NCBI GenBank assembly: GCA_902806405.1
Contig: CADCWL010000247.1
Location: 71-64,070, forward strand
Direction: 5' to 3'
Length of the DNA: 64,000 nt
Source of the DNA: an uncultured Thermomicrobiales bacterium
GTDB lineage: Bacteria > Chloroflexota > Chloroflexia > Thermomicrobiales > UBA6265
The notes below the pieces were generated by a model that saw nothing but the letters and a program-made list of their open reading frames with translations, had not been told where the DNA came from and ran no database searches. Below are positions 63,213-64,000 of the stretch, in pieces. The position numbers and the translations under genes are program-made. Every line of letters starts with the position of its first letter. Position 1 is the stretch's first letter.

Positions 63213-64000
63213 ATGCAACGCGTCACCATCATCGGCCTCGGCCTCATCGGCGGCTCCGTCGGCCTCGGGCTGCGGCGCTGGTCGGCAGCGAACGCCAGCG
63301 GCGGCCAGGCCGCCCTCGAAGTCACCGGTTTCGACACCGACCTGGAGCAGCAGGGCTACGCCCAGAAGATCAAGGCGGTCGACCGCACCGCCTGGGACCT
63401 CGCCCGTGCCGTCCAGAACGCCGACATCGTCCTCCTCGCGACGCCCGTCGCCGCCATGCGCGACACCTTCGAGGCGATCGCCCCCCACCTCCGACCCGGC
63501 ACGACCGTCACAGACACCGGCTCGACCAAGGCCGACGTCCTGGCCTGGGCCGACGCGCTGCTGCCGCGCACGGTCGCCTTCGTCGGCGGTCACCCGATGG
63601 CCGGCAAGGCCCAGAGCATCGAGGGCGCCGAGGCGGATCTCTTCAAGGGCGCGACCTGGGTCGTTACCCCGTCGGTCCGGGCGGGGGAGGAGGCGGTCCG
63701 AAACGTCCTCGGCCTCGTCGCCGCCCTGGAGGCGGAGCCGTTCTTCGTCGATCCGGGCGAACACGACGCCTTCGTCGCCGGTATCAGCCATCTCCCCTTC
63801 GTCGTCTCCGCGGCGCTGATGCGAACCGTCAGCCAGGACGCGTCGTGGCGCGACATGAAGGGCCTGACGGCCGGCGGCTTCCGCGACGTCAGCCGCCTCG
63901 CCGCCGGCAGCCCGGCCATGCACCGCGATATCCTCCTCACCAACCGCGCCGCCGTCACCCGCTGGCTCGACGCCTACCTCGCCACCCTCAACGAGCTCCG
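63213..64000 (+). CDS. tyrA: Prephenate/arogenate dehydrogenase (partial, runs off the window)
   Basis: Manual translation MQRVTIIGLGLIGGS, TDTGSTK, FVGGHPMAG, EHD..VAGISHLP, GFRDVSRLA. Confidence 0.93.
   Translation, partial: MQRVTIIGLGLIGGSVGLGLRRWSAANASGGQAALEVTGFDTDLEQQGYAQKIKAVDRTAWDLARAVQNADIVLLATPVAAMRDTFEAIAPHLRPGTTVTDTGSTKADVLAWADALLPRTVAFVGGHPMAGKAQSIEGAEADLFKGATWVVTPSVRAGEEAVRNVLGLVAALEAEPFFVDPGEHDAFVAGISHLPFVVSAALMRTVSQDASWRDMKGLTAGGFRDVSRLAAGSPAMHRDILLTNRAAVTRWLDAYLATLNEL

Overview
A very GC-rich bacterial chromosome segment. The gene repertoire and protein style (Tat-exported substrate-binding protein with 'TPAASP' linkers, hspR-clpB, Zn-ribbon sigma-54) suggest Chloroflexota, probably Thermomicrobiales; this is inference. 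It is mostly housekeeping and stress genes: S9 peptidase, VOC protein, beta-lactamase-like hydrolase, two ATPase-less peptide ABC operons plus a stand-alone oppDF pair, hspR-clpB, hsp20, orphan coxS/coxM-like subunits, rfbA/rfbB, an MFS transporter, a GtrA/GT-C glycosylation cluster, S41 protease, ilvE, ROK kinase, dprA-topA and hslVU separated by decayed toxin-antitoxin genes, scpAB, Rrf2-iscS, two M50 proteases, an atypical rpoN, a bacterial aeRF1-like protein, an SH3 protein and a partial tyrA. I saw no rRNA, tRNA, CRISPR array or intact mobile element. The strongest unexplained signal is a set of sigma-54 (-24/-12) promoter motifs. They sit 55-100 nt upstream of, and point at, small stress/dormancy-type genes: two unannotated acidic small proteins, a GlsB/YeaQ/YmgE protein, an aeRF1-like (Balon-like) factor and, more weakly, hsp20. 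One further site overlaps the sigma-70 promoter of rpoN on the opposite strand. The sigma-54 itself has a short Region I and a CxxC-x8-CxxC insertion, and no enhancer-binding activator is encoded in the window. Together these suggest an undescribed sigma-54 general-stress/hibernation regulon. All motif searches were done by eye, mainly in intergenic DNA.
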